Below are positions 11,407 through 23,635 of a stretch of DNA of 64,000 bases, one piece after another. Each line of letters opens with the position of its first letter. Within the stretch, counting starts at the first letter, position 1. This DNA comes from Octopus sinensis (lineage: Eukaryota), in contig NC_042998.1 in the NCBI RefSeq assembly GCF_006345805.1, forward strand, positions 90,830,001 through 90,894,000. The letters run 5' to 3'. Below the pieces are notes generated by a model, which was given only the letters and a program-made list of their open reading frames with translations, searched no databases and had not been told where the DNA came from. The position numbers were made by a program, and so were the translations under genes.

Positions 11407-12149
11407 CTAAAAAATTGTAATAAGATAATTTCAACAATCATTCATTAAAAGTATTCTGCTTAATAAATATCAAATAATTTATGTGTAGAAAAATAAAAAA
11501 AAAACAAGAAAATATCAATCTTTTTTTTATGTAAACAAATTTCTATAAATTTAGAATAATCAACATAAAGGAAAAATTTGTTTTGTTTTAATATTCAAAT
11601 TGTATAGTAATGTTCTTAGTGTTTATTTTTCATTAAAAATGCAGGAAAAAATATATCACCTTAGGTAAGCTTTAAAACAATACAAATATTTCTTAGAAAA
11701 GATCATTTAAAAAAAGCACGTATAACAGCTAACTAAATACTAAATGTCCAAGATGGGTTTACAGTCAATAAGATAACTAAGACTTAACTTCCCCTTTACA
11801 GTTTTTATAATATTTATATCTACACTATATTTCAAATGCTTTGAACCTCCATTATATTCAGATAACTGACTATTGGATGTAAACATAACCTCAGAATAGA
11901 TTCAAACTAAAAATCTTTATTTGTAAACTAACAGTAACAGTGTCATCTCCAAGCAATCAAACAACCTCATGTTAAACCTGCATGATTCCATAAATGAACC
12001 TCAAATGCATCCAGTGTAATACCTATCATATCTCTTTCAACAACTCAAAAATGAAAAGTATTGTTCATATCAATTAAAAATGATTACACCTTACCCCACT
12101 AAAAGATGAGTGACACGCATTTAGAGCTTACATGATCATTCTAAATGCT

Positions 12150-12710
12150 AGTCACCACTATTACTGGAGATCCTTTATAGTCAATACACATCTTTAAATG
12201 GCCCAGACACCAAACTAGCCCTTTTCTTCAGAGTAGAAAAAACTTTAGCCTCCAACAAATCTTAAGCATGATTCACAATATAGTAATGCTTCCACTTATA
12301 GAAAAGTACTCTTGTTACTGCAGCTTGAGATATCCTAGGCTGTGTCTAGAGAAAGCCATTCAGCTGAATGACATAGAGGTACAACAGATACATGACAACC
12401 TCTGGTCAATAGAGATGCCATCTACTCTCTTTTTCTACTGATACTACAATGGCTTCTGTTCCTCAGAGCAGGCTTGTCTCATGTCACTTCCATTCAGATT
12501 CTCTTGATTCACTAATCCCTCTTTCTCCAATCCTGCATTTTATGTTCAATTTTGCAGACCCAATATTATGAGCCCAGAATGATGGTATTCTACCATTGCA
12601 AATCTCTTGACTGCAGTTAATGACTTGCAACACTTCAAGCAGAATATAAATGTCACTGATCTCAGAGGGCCTGCAAAGGCCATATGCACAGCTACTTCCT
12701 CCAGACATAG
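12150..12710 (-). mobile_element. Highly decayed non-LTR RT C-terminal relic (L1/Tx1-like)
   Basis: GC-richer island with a broken translation QEICNG..SFW...KCRIGERGI resembling the post-RT GGLG region. Confidence 0.3.
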
Positions 12711-12711
12711 C

Positions 12712-12746
<35 letters not shown>

Positions 12747-14081
12747 ATCATCACCATCAGGGTAGCAAATTGGCAGAGTCATTAGTGGGTTGCATAAAAT
12801 GTCTCTAAATGTTTATCCCAAACCCTGCTCAAACACAGTGGATAAAAGAAGGTATCAGTAATTTTATATTGTGCATCCACATAATTGATAGTAAACTAAT
12901 TTTTAAGATTTTGAAAAGAGAGGAGAGAAAGGAAAAAAGAAAAAGAATGAAAGTAATTTGTAATTGTAAGTTCAAAAACCATAAAATGTCATTTGAAGTT
13001 GAAACTTGATTAGTTGGATTAGTTGCTATTGAAAAGTGTGAAAAGCTATTAAAGAAGTGGGTTAGCAAACTAGAATGTGTGTGTGTGTGTGTGTGTACTT
13101 CTCTCTCCTCCACACTACTCATCATCACACTATTTCTCATCTAACTACAGTTTTATTTTATCATTGCTCTCCCTTACCACCACCCTTTATGAATTACCAC
13201 CTCCTCTCCCCTGACCCACTCTTACTTTCTGCTGCTTTCCCCAAATTGAGATCCACCACTGACCACATCTCCGTCCATGTTTACCATTCACCTTTATTGC
13301 CATTTTTATCCATTTACTCTCCTTTCACCTTTTTGCAAACATTACCTTCCTAGTCATCCTCAATTCTCTGTCCCTATTCACCCTTTATCCATCTTCTTGT
13401 ACCTTTGGGCTATGCACTGACACCTCATTTCCAACATCCTTTCTCCTTTTCTTGTTCGAGTAGCCATACATCTCCTACACTGCAAGGCACCTGTTCCTTT
13501 CCTTCTATTATATTTTAGTCTCTCAACACTTAGCACAAATTCACCTCCCTCAATATTGTAACACCATTCTGTCAAGAGATCTTGTTTTTCAAGTTATTTA
13601 GTGACTGTACAGGAGCTGGTACCATAAAAAAAGCATCCAGTACTCACTACTCAAGCTTTAGTCAACCCAGGGCTATAGTAGAAGACACTTGACCAAGATG
13701 CCCAACCTCAAATAGGTATAAGATGGCAGTAACTGAGTAAAGACTGACTCAGACCATTGACAAATCTAAGATGGGAGATAGATATTTAAATGGTAACTAT
13801 GATGATGAAGATGATAAACATAAATACATATGTGTGTGTGTGTGTACGCGTGCGTGTGGATTAACTGTTAGAAAAATAGAAATGTGTTCAATACACTATT
13901 GTATTAGAGAATCTGATAGTCTTAATGTGTGTATAAGTCAAATTTACAAGCAAAGCTAAGTAAGTCTTACAAATTAATTCTCTCTTTAAATATCCAAATC
14001 TAATTTTTTGTGTAATTCTGCAAATGAGCCTTAAACTGAAGTTTTGAGCTATTTTAAACACACATGCATATTAATGACACA

Positions 14082-14765
14082 GGCATCAGTCATGACAACC
14101 ATTTCATTTCGCTTGATGGGTCTTTTCAAGCAGAGTATATTGCCAAAGGTTTCCGTCACTTGTCATTGCCCCCATGAGGCCCAACATTCAAAGATCATGC
14201 TTCACTACCTTGTCCCATGTATTCATCCCAAGAAGACATGGGACAAGGTGGTGAAGCATGATCTTTTCGAATGTTGGGCCTCATGGGGGCAATAACAAGT
14301 GACCAAGACCTTTGGCAATATACCGTGCTTGAGAAAACCCATCAAACCAAGGGAAATCATAGTTATGGCTGATGCCAGGGTCACATAACTGGCACCTGTG
14401 CTGGTGGCACATAAAAAACACCGTTTGAATGTTGGGCCGCATGGAGGCAGTGACAAGTGATGGAGACGTTTGGCAATATATTGTGCTTGAGAAGACCTGT
14501 CAAACCAAGTGAGATTGTAGTCGTGGCTGATGCCAGTGTAGTGAAACTGGCACCCATACAGTGGCATGTAGAAAGCACCCATACCAGTGGCACGTAGAAA
14601 GCACCCACTACACTTTTGGAGCGGTTGGAATTATGAAGGGCATCCAGCTGTAGAAACCATACCACATCACACTGGAACCTGGTGCAGTTCCCCAGCTTAC
14701 CAGTTTTCAATCAAACCATCCAACTCATGCCAGCATGGAAAACGGATGTTAAATGATGATGATGA
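14082..14765 (+). mobile_element. Rearranged RTE 3' element: one inverted plus two direct ~150-bp units, ending in (GAT)n
   Basis: 14082-14220 is the reverse complement of 14236-14376; the unit repeats at about 14420-14560; terminus GGATGTTAAAT(GAT)n. Confidence 0.85.
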
Positions 14766-15277
14766 TATTACCATTTGGTTTTCTTTTCCATTTTATCTGT
14801 AAGACATATTGTCCCAAAGCCTGACCTCATCACCTCTTCCACCTCAAGAGGTATGCTATACAAACAGTGAGTGGTACTTTTTTACACAGTACTTAGATTT
14901 ATATCACATGTCCACAGTACTACAGCTGCCACTCCTGCATCTATCACAGTAACTCTCTCTTTCACTTCTCCTTTACTTTTTATAGAGGCTAACATAACAT
15001 ATCAAATGAATCATGCTAACTTTTATTTCTATCAATCTCACAAGTCTTCTGCAGTAAATGTTTCGCCACCAAAGTTTTCAAAATCATGAGAGTTTTTTAA
15101 TAGTTAAAAAATTGAAAAAAAATAACTTAAATTAGCATGCTTGCTTTTGATTTTAAATAGAACTGTGTATCATTAAATACTATTACAAAAAAATTATCAG
15201 ATTAAAAAACGTATCATTTAGTTAATTACTTTTATATATTATTTATGATTTTATTACACTATCAGGCAATTATTTTC

Positions 15278-15750
15278 ATTATTTACATGTGACAGATATT
15301 TGTCCTCATCTTGTTTGTTGTTAACAAAACGCTTCGGCTGATATACCCTCCAGTCTTCTTCAGGTGTCTTGGGGGAAATTTTGAACCTGGGTTCTCATTC
15401 CTAAGGTACTTTTTAATGTTGTTATTATCATTATTATTCAGGTCACTGCCTGGAATCGAACTTGGAATTAGTAGCCCGCACTCTTAACCACTATACCACA
15501 TGCCCATAGGCAATTATGCTGTGAATTTTAGGGCTTATAAATCTAATATCTCCCCCATCCTTCCTTGATAGTGGTTCCCATATGCTACTCATATCTGCAC
15601 TCGGTCTGCTTAGGAGGTTGTTGTGTCCTAATATATGTGCTGCTTCTTTTAGTTTTCGTATCTTCCTCTCCGAAAAGATATAAAAGATATGCGGCCCATA
15701 TGACATCAGGACAGTATTCAAGAGTAATACAACACTTCGCAAATATCTCC
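15278..15750 (-). mobile_element. Penelope-like (Poseidon-type) 3' fragment: GIY-YIG C-terminus, tRNA-derived head, (AAT)n, hammerhead-like motif
   Basis: RKLKEAAHILGHNNLLSRPSADMSSIWEPL; A box TGGTATAGTGG and B box GTTCGATTCC at 15441-15505; CTGAAGA...CAGCCGAAGCGTT at 15321-15370. Confidence 0.7.
15321..15370 (-). ncRNA. Decayed minimal type I hammerhead-like motif with a canonical CUGAAGA strand
   Basis: Reverse complement gacacCTGAAGAAGACTGgagggtatatCAGCCGAAGCGTTttgtt; three substitutions relative to a perfect fold (stem II, A15.1, stem I). Confidence 0.55.
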
Positions 15751-17254
15751 TCCTCCTCCTCCACTGCCGCCGACATACAACATTCAAACAAATTTGAAGA
15801 CTATGCAGTAAGCATTACTTTTTACTATCAAAAAATTTTTTATTAACAAAAACAAATGAATATTATAATGACTATCAAAAGAAAAAGGAAAATAAACATT
15901 CAAGAAACAGATTTAAGTTTACCAAATTATTTCTTTCCTCAACATACACTAGTGTAAGAACATTTATTCTCTTGTCAAAATCTATAACAACCTACTGAGT
16001 TTGAAACAAAGAGGCTCAGTAAAATTAAAATGATTTTTGTTTGTTTCTTTAAGGGGTGGTGTGGGGGACTGTTGATAACTAATCGAGGAAACTGAGTGGG
16101 CACTGCATATTTCTCTTGAGATTTTACAGCTGTGTATATATCACATTTTACAGAAAGTTAATTTTTAAAGTATCACCTAATAAACAAGAGTTCCTAAAAC
16201 TTCAAGACACTTCACAGAGAAATCTGCTGCCACAAAAGACTATAAAAAACAATAAAATATATTGTATTTATTCATGTATAATTTACACTTGAGTATAAAT
16301 CCCCACAAATTACCAGCAATGAAGTCTAGTGAAAATATCCCTCACACAGACATTTCTCCAGTACTATGATGTATAGAAAATAATGTCTAGTCAGATTTAT
16401 TATAATAGTTGTCTGAAAAATACAATGAGAAAGTTCACACATGCTAAACAATACAAAAAGAAAATTTGAAAGTGATAAACTTCACTGAATTATGCTGGAA
16501 AAGTGCATCTACAATGAAGTATACACAACAATTAATTTGATTGTGATAGTAATGATATCTTAAGTGTATACTTAATTTACTATTCAGTACAGTGATGTAC
16601 ACATGGTCATGAATTTTTTTCTCTTTATTATGCATATTTTTTTTAAATCTTACATTTTGAACATTAGACATTTATGGTCTGGAAAACTTTTTCAATTTTA
16701 AATAATTTTATTTTAATAAGGATCTTAAAGAATTGAAACACAACATTAAAAATTTACAAAATGTAAAAGTATTTTACAGAAACACATTCAATGATTCATA
16801 TGTAATTTTGTAAGACATAAATCATGTTGATAGCGTCTGTAAATAGTACTTATTTATAGTATGAATTCCTGTCTAGATGAAAACACAAACTCGCTGTTTT
16901 ATTGTTGCCAATGTCAATTTTATTTTCTGATTACTTCACATCAACAATTATGAACAAATTTTGTTGTATTTAGTTGGACAATGATTGGAGTGGTTTCCTA
17001 CTTTACTTACACATTGAAACAATTGAGAAGTAAAATGTAAAACAAAACAGTATTTAGTTTCTGTTTATGTACTGCTAAATACATAGTTTATGTATATATG
17101 TTTCTACATGAACATATACTTGTTCCAATAACTTGCTACAAGAAAAACAAAGCATGCCAGGCATAAGCAGACAGCCAATATATTAAGATATATGCAATTT
17201 GTATTATTTAACAAATGAAACTATTTTTCATATAAATTGTATCTTTAATCTTTA

Positions 17255-17620
17255 TTTGTTTCAGTCATTGGACAGTAGCTATGCAGGGGCACTATTTTGA
17301 AGGGTTTATTGAAACAAATCACCCCCAGTATTTACTTCTTTAAACCTGTTACTTATTCTGTCAGTCTTGTTTTGCAAAACTGCTAAGTGACACAGAAGTA
17401 AACAAACCAATACCGACTGCCAAGTCAGGGCAGGTAAGGAGCACAAACATGCACACACAATAAGTTTCCACTCAGTTTCCATCTACCAAATTTACTCACA
17501 AAGCATTGGTTGGCTTGGTGCTATAACAGAAGAGATTTGCTAAAGGTGCTGTGCAGTGGGACTGAACCTGAAACCTCATGGTTGCAAAGCAAAGTAAGCT
17601 TCTTAACCACATAGCCATGA
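17255..17620 (-). mobile_element. Near full-length CORE-type SINE
   Basis: Head GTCATGGCTATGTGGTTAAGAAGC..CAGGTTCAGTCCCACTGCACAGCACC plus a 3' half ending CTGAAACAAATAAAGA; homologous to 29281 and 28850. Confidence 0.65.
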
Positions 17621-17779
17621 CTGCATTTATGCATATAAAAGAATTTTAACATTTGTTAGAAATGAATTTTGTTCATCTCTAACAAAAGTAAAAATTCACT
17701 TATCATCACCCAGCCAAAATAATAACAAATTATACTGATGATAATATTCTATTAGTAGACATCATCTCAAAAACTACCA

Positions 17780-18400
17780 CTGTTCTTTATGATCTTGAAA
17801 AACTAGCAAACATTTACCTTTATGACTCAAAGACTGAATACATCTGCTGCAATCAAGAGATGCTCAATTAGTACAATTAAATCATATTAATTTTATAGGT
17901 TCCTTTGTATCCTAAGAAAGTTATATCACGTTCACAAAAATATTGATGTAAAATTTGTTCTTGATGGAATTATTGTCATCTGGAAGTTATTAACAGCCCA
18001 TAAAATAAGCTTCTTCTGAGCCACTGGAATCCGTGTCCACTGCTTTGATAATCACCAAACAATTAGTAGCAAGGTTTGATGGTGCTTATACCTATATGCT
18101 ACAGGTGATTCTGAATATTTCCTGGAAAAACATAGTACCAAAGTATGCATGGCAATCTTCTTGCAATCAATGATGTTATTGGAGAGAGAGAGAGAGAGAG
18201 AGATGAGACTGGTTGGAGAGCTAAGTAACAATTCATTGGTAATACACTCCTATGGATACTCCAACATGGTTATACATAGGTTGGCTGGCCAGCAAAACAA
18301 ACCAGCTCTGCATGTACATTAGGTGTTGTTCTACTGATGTCCCAAAATACTGAAACAATGATGGATGACATGGTCAAATTGAACAACTCAAGCCTTTTTT
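17780..18400 (+). mobile_element. Decayed RTE-type LINE fragment from a different family than the (GAT)n-tailed one
   Basis: RFDGAYTYMLQVILNISWKKH and VG(W/R)PAK...QLC motifs typical of RTE C-termini; interrupted by (GA)n. Confidence 0.6.
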
Positions 18401-19591
18401 TTATGAGATAATTAACATTATATTAAACAATATCTACTGCATAGCATTAATTTGCTCATTCATTTTATGTCTACTTTTTCATGCTAGCATAGATTAGACA
18501 AATATATTATCAGGTTATAAACAGAATTTAGGCTATTTGAAATATGTTTGTCACATATTTCAACTGCTAAAGGGCAAATACACTGCAGTTACCATGGAGA
18601 AAAAAATCTCTTATGGTAAAAAGACGTGAAAACACCTGGTTTGTTCAGTGTCGCCATCTATTAGGAATCGCAGACATCAAGGTTTTGAGTTCTTAGACTC
18701 TTGTCAAAGAGAGGCAACCTAAGAGAGGCAACTCTAAACAAACTTAAAATCATAGCTTTATATCTAATCCAGTCAACATATTTCAACTAGCCTAAATTCT
18801 GCTCATACCTAAACATGGCTTCACACTAACGCTTCGTTATGAGGCTATTGTTTTACAGCAGGATGCCTTACCTGTTTATCAAATAAGGGATCTCTTGTTT
18901 CACATGTCTTTGAATGTGCACAGCAAGCTGCAAACTTCTTAACCACACAGTTATGAACTGAATGAAACACCCTTGTGTTTTCTTGGTTATAGCAATACAT
19001 ATAAAATTTTTAAAAGTATAGGCTCTTGTGGCCAAGTATGTACATGAAATAAGGTACATAGTAGCAAATAAACAGAAACTAAATATATTTAGCCATTTTG
19101 CCAGTTTCATTTTGGCTTTACATATTACTTAGGTGTAACTTCAAAAGTGTTAGTAAACACAATAGGAAACAACTTCAATTGATGCAACCTGACATGAGCA
19201 TATTTATGAGATGTCATGAACATTTAGTATATGATCATAGAAAACTGTAACATTATTATAATGATTTAAACTCTGTTATGAATTGGTTTAAATTATTTCT
19301 GGCCACACTATCCAAATATGGCTACTTACTTGGGATTAGGAAAAATTAGGTAACATTTTGTTCTTATGTGTATTGTGCACCCCTAATTTTAAGTTTAAAT
19401 ATTTGAGGAAAAAGTGTGAAGTATACATAAATAAGTGATTAACATGAAAGATTATCACAACACCAAAAGTCATATTTGGGCATTCATGTACATAAAACAT
19501 GAATTATGAAGAACAATTTTAAGAAGATATACTAAAGTTGATAGAATTATAACATAAACAAAGGAAAAAAAATATATAAACAGAATCTTAC

Positions 19592-20710
19592 CTTGTCAAA
19601 TTTGTCATAAAGATCACTGAATTTTGGAGGAATATCATCTGTTTGTGAAAAGGCAAGCACTTGGATGATCTGTGCAATCTGCATGAGGTTATGACGGGCA
19701 ATATGACTTATTGGGACATCAGACATGATGCCGTAAGGTGCTGGATCCCAGATAGCAGGACATATAAATAAAGCAAAGACTAAATCTGCACAAACTGCTC
19801 GAACTTCAGCAGCTGAATGTTTGCCAGATTTTGATAAAAGTTGATAAATCTGTGAGACTAGCCATGAGAGACTTATTGGAAAACAATACATATTGTTCTT
19901 GATTGCAGAAATGAACCGATTCGATAAGGTCACTAGCTTATCGACAATGAAATTACGATAGTTTTGTAAATTAGCTTTCCATTCTGTTGACCCTTGTTCC
20001 CCAAAGCGTCGCATCCTTTCAGAGGGAGTAAAACGTACAAGTGCTTTATCGGGATCAATATCATAAAACCATTCATCTTCCATCAGAAGCTTCATGACAG
20101 GATCATGTAAAGCTGCTGTCAGGAACAGTTTGGAAGAAAATAAAGAATCAAAAAAGTTCTTGAAAAGTTTGCTAAAAGCACAAGACCCTTTACGAATCAG
20201 TCGGCGTGGATTATCATCATAAGTTAGCTGATTTTCAGCAAGAGTATACAACAGTTGCAAGGCCAAATATTCATCTTCCAGCATCACACAATTACCATAG
20301 AGAGATGGCAAGACAATACCAACAACCTTCTGTGATCCTTCAATGCCCCTTTTCTCTCCACAGCTGATCAGCTGAGCAACTAATTTTGGGTTATCTCGTA
20401 AATATTTCAAAAGGTCTGCAAATTTGATGTCATGGTAACCAAGCTGCTTGTAGCTATCAATGAAATTGATAGATTCGAGCTGCTTGGCTTTTGCACAAAA
20501 CCCTGACTGTACTATTCCATGTATAGTGGTAACTAGCATCTCTAAGTTAGTACGTTGTTGTCTCATGATCCAGGAAACATGATACAAAGCTTCTGCAACT
20601 TTTTTAACATCTTCATATATTTTTTGCATCTGTTCTCTTTCTGAATTGATAAAGAGTCTTTCTTTCTTCAACTGCCATGCCAACTCTTCAAGCTGCACTG
20701 CTAATGACAT
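19592..20710 (-). CDS. GAPVD1: GAPVD1 (GAPex-5/RME-6) first coding exon: N-terminus plus RasGAP-like domain, 373 codons; exon spans 20791-19592
   Basis: MSLAVQLEELAWQLKKERLFINSER, SLYGNCVMLEDE, DNPRRLIRKGSCAFS, SKLFLTAALHDP, ARHNLMQIA and KFDK are colinear with vertebrate GAPVD1. accATG context; acceptor tttatttcacag|G at 20792/20791; donor AAG|gtaaga. Confidence 0.96.
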
Positions 20711-22084
20711 GGTTGGTTCTTCACAAGTGCTCCAACCAAAATTGTTCTTGTTGACCAAGTCAAAGATATGCAGTAAAACAGACTGTCAAGCCTGTGAAAT
20801 AAAGAAAAAAAAAAAGAAATACATAATAGATAAAATTAAAAATTAGACTTTACAATATTACAAAAATTATACTTAAGCAGTGACTATGTTTTAAATTAGT
20901 AAAAGTATAAAACTGGTAATTGTTATGAAAAATATCTTACATTAAAAATAGTCCAATGCTATTTTATAATAATTATTTCTAAAATAAACACAAAACCTGA
21001 AATTTAGAGAGAGAAAGTTACTTGATTAAGTCAACCCCGGTACTTTATTTAATCAACACTGGAGGGATGAACGGCAAAGATGACATTGGCAGGATTTGAA
21101 CTCAGAATATAAAGAACTAAAACAAATGTCAAAGGTATTTTCTTTGATGCTCAAATGACTCTGCCAAATCATCACCCAATTAATAACAGATTCTAATTTA
21201 GATAGAAGGCTAAAAATATTTGTGTTTTTTTTGTTTTTGTTTTTTTTTGTTTTTTGGGGTTTTGGTTTTTTTGGTGGGGGAGTAGTAGTCAATACCATTG
21301 ATTCCAGTACTTAACTGATACTATATTTCCTTGGCCTAAGAGGGATGACAAGCAAAGCAGAACTTACTCGAATTTGAAATCAGAACATAAAATGCCAGAA
21401 CAAATGCTGCAATTCATTTTGTTCACAGCTCTAACAAGTCTCTCAGTCCACCATTAAGGAAATTATTTTAAATATTGTGTTCCAGTTGTACTCTCTAATT
21501 TGAGAGTTTAGTTTAATAAAATTAAATAAACTGAAGTGAATAGAAAATGTGATCAATTTGTTCCTGATCAAATATAAAAAATCTAGTAGCTTACACTGGT
21601 ATATGAAAAGGAAAGACAATTTTCAAAAAGTTATCTTGCAGAGCAGAAATTATTCCAAGATGTACCTTAGGACAATAACACAACACCAGCCATGAATTAG
21701 ACCACTGGAAATACAAGGTTAGCTTCATTTAGAAAATAATGATGTAAATACATTATTAACTCTTCTCTAAAAATATACTGTTTCTAATGCAATGCAGTCA
21801 GTCAAATTTGTATGATTTAGGGAGAGAAGAAGGTGCTGTCATTTAAAAACTGACTCTGCATATTGGGTCCTAAAATATTAGCACCCTTTTCTCACCATAG
21901 TATATAAACTTGACCAAATTACAGCCATCACAGCATAATTTCTATCAATGTAGACCATGACTAGTTTCCTCACACTTATTGGGAGGAAAGGACACTACTT
22001 ACATAATGACAATATTTCTTTAAAACTATCATGTGATGTCAAGGGAAAGAAACAGTGACATACACCTGCACATATATACATATG

Positions 22085-22230
22085 AGTTTCTTTCAGTTTC
22101 CATTTACTAAATCCACTCACAAGTCTTTGGTTGGCCTGGGACTATAGCAGAAGACATTTATCCAAGGTGCCACACAGTGGGACAGAGCTCAAAACTAAGT
22201 GGCTGAGAGGCAAATTTCTCATCACACATA
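22085..22230 (-). mobile_element. CORE-type SINE head
   Basis: Reverse complement contains GCACCTTGGATAAATGTCTTCTGCTATAG, the CORE-like ACCTTGGGCAAGT block. Confidence 0.6.
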
Positions 22231-22679
22231 CCAGTCTCTATCACAATCAAATATTTTATTAACTGAATAAAGTACACCATACTGGAGCTGATCTGGACCT
22301 TCTAAATAAGAAGTAAATGTTAAATCAACTTCCTCTAAACAACTTTAGACATGTTTAAAATACAGGCTTACAAGGTGTCACTTCTTTCAGTAAGGTCAAC
22401 AACTCTGGCAACTGGCCAAATAGATTAAAGTAATATAGTTAATGTTAGAAGCAAACTGATGTATCAACATAAAACATCACTTGCTTGTTTGTTCATACAC
22501 ACTGGTGCTGAATTAGTAACAAGAGGTATGTCAAAGTAATTCTTCAATTAATCATACATCCACTGTAACACTATTTGAACTAGTTGAATGTTTAGCTTTA
22601 ATATTACTAAAATCTAGTAGGAGTTTCTATATGGTCATTTGACTTATTAATATGGCAGTCAAATTTCTCTGAATATCAT

Positions 22680-22680
<1 letters not shown>

Positions 22681-22735
<55 letters not shown>

Positions 22736-22740
22736 ATAAT
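22681..22740. repeat. (TA)n microsatellite
   Basis: Read directly. Confidence 0.95.
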
Positions 22741-23588
22741 ACTAATAATGTTAAATGTGATGATATGAAGCTACACTTAATAAATTTATACCTATTTCTC
22801 AGAGGAAGTGTACATTTTCACTTTATATTTGCAGACAAACTACTCAAAGCTAATTACTTTCTTAAACAAAAGGCTGATTTCTGTAAGAGAAGGGGGCACA
22901 AGTGATTGGCTTCAATCCAGTATATTATATATATTGGCAAACCTTGAGTTTTTCTTGTTTTCTGAGCTTTTAATTTAGAAACTGAAAGCGAATCTGATCC
23001 AGAAATAGCAAATATTATTTGGCCTGCAAGTTTTTACAAATATCTACTTATAAAACAGAACAAACATGTAACATTTCAATAGTCCTGAAATGTTATTTTG
23101 AGAGAAGAGAGAGAATTACTAAATCTTTTTAAAGCAACAAGAGTGTTACTAATACAGAAAGAGCATGACTAATGCAAACCTTCTTTACTATAGTCAAGTA
23201 GAAGATCAATGTTTTCCCCTTTCCAAGGAAGCAAGGTCAGATTCTATAAACATTAAGTGACTGACTCAAGTATAAACATTAAACATAACAATTTAATGCA
23301 ATACTATATCTCAATCCAGACATTGCTTATGCAAATAAAAATCCCATACTACCATGAGCTACTTATCTACTCAACAAAATTTCAGACAATGGATGAAGTA
23401 ATTCATGGTATTTATGAATGTCCCTTAATATTCTGAGGTCAAACACTGCTAAGATAGACTTTGCCTTTTTGCCCTTGAGGGCCAATTAAAATAAGTACCA
23501 GAGTGAACATGATAAATGTCTTCTGCCATAGCCCCAGGTCAACTAATACCTTGTTAGTGGATTTAGTAGATGGAAAGTCAAAGAGGTT

Positions 23589-23632
<44 letters not shown>

Positions 23633-23635
<3 letters not shown>

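Noticed and set aside
15441-15505. tRNA gene
   Set aside because: A and B boxes are present, but the acceptor stem and the anticodon/variable region do not fold; it is a tRNA-derived head. The same applies to the SINE heads.
17816-17880. Candidate minus-strand exon with donor AAG|gtaaat
   Set aside because: Lies within a plus-strand RTE relic and is not needed for the GAPVD1 frame (19592 splices in phase to 11406).
20711-20758. N-terminal extension of GAPVD1 from the ORF track
   Set aside because: Starts at TTG; homology and Kozak context support the ATG at 20710.
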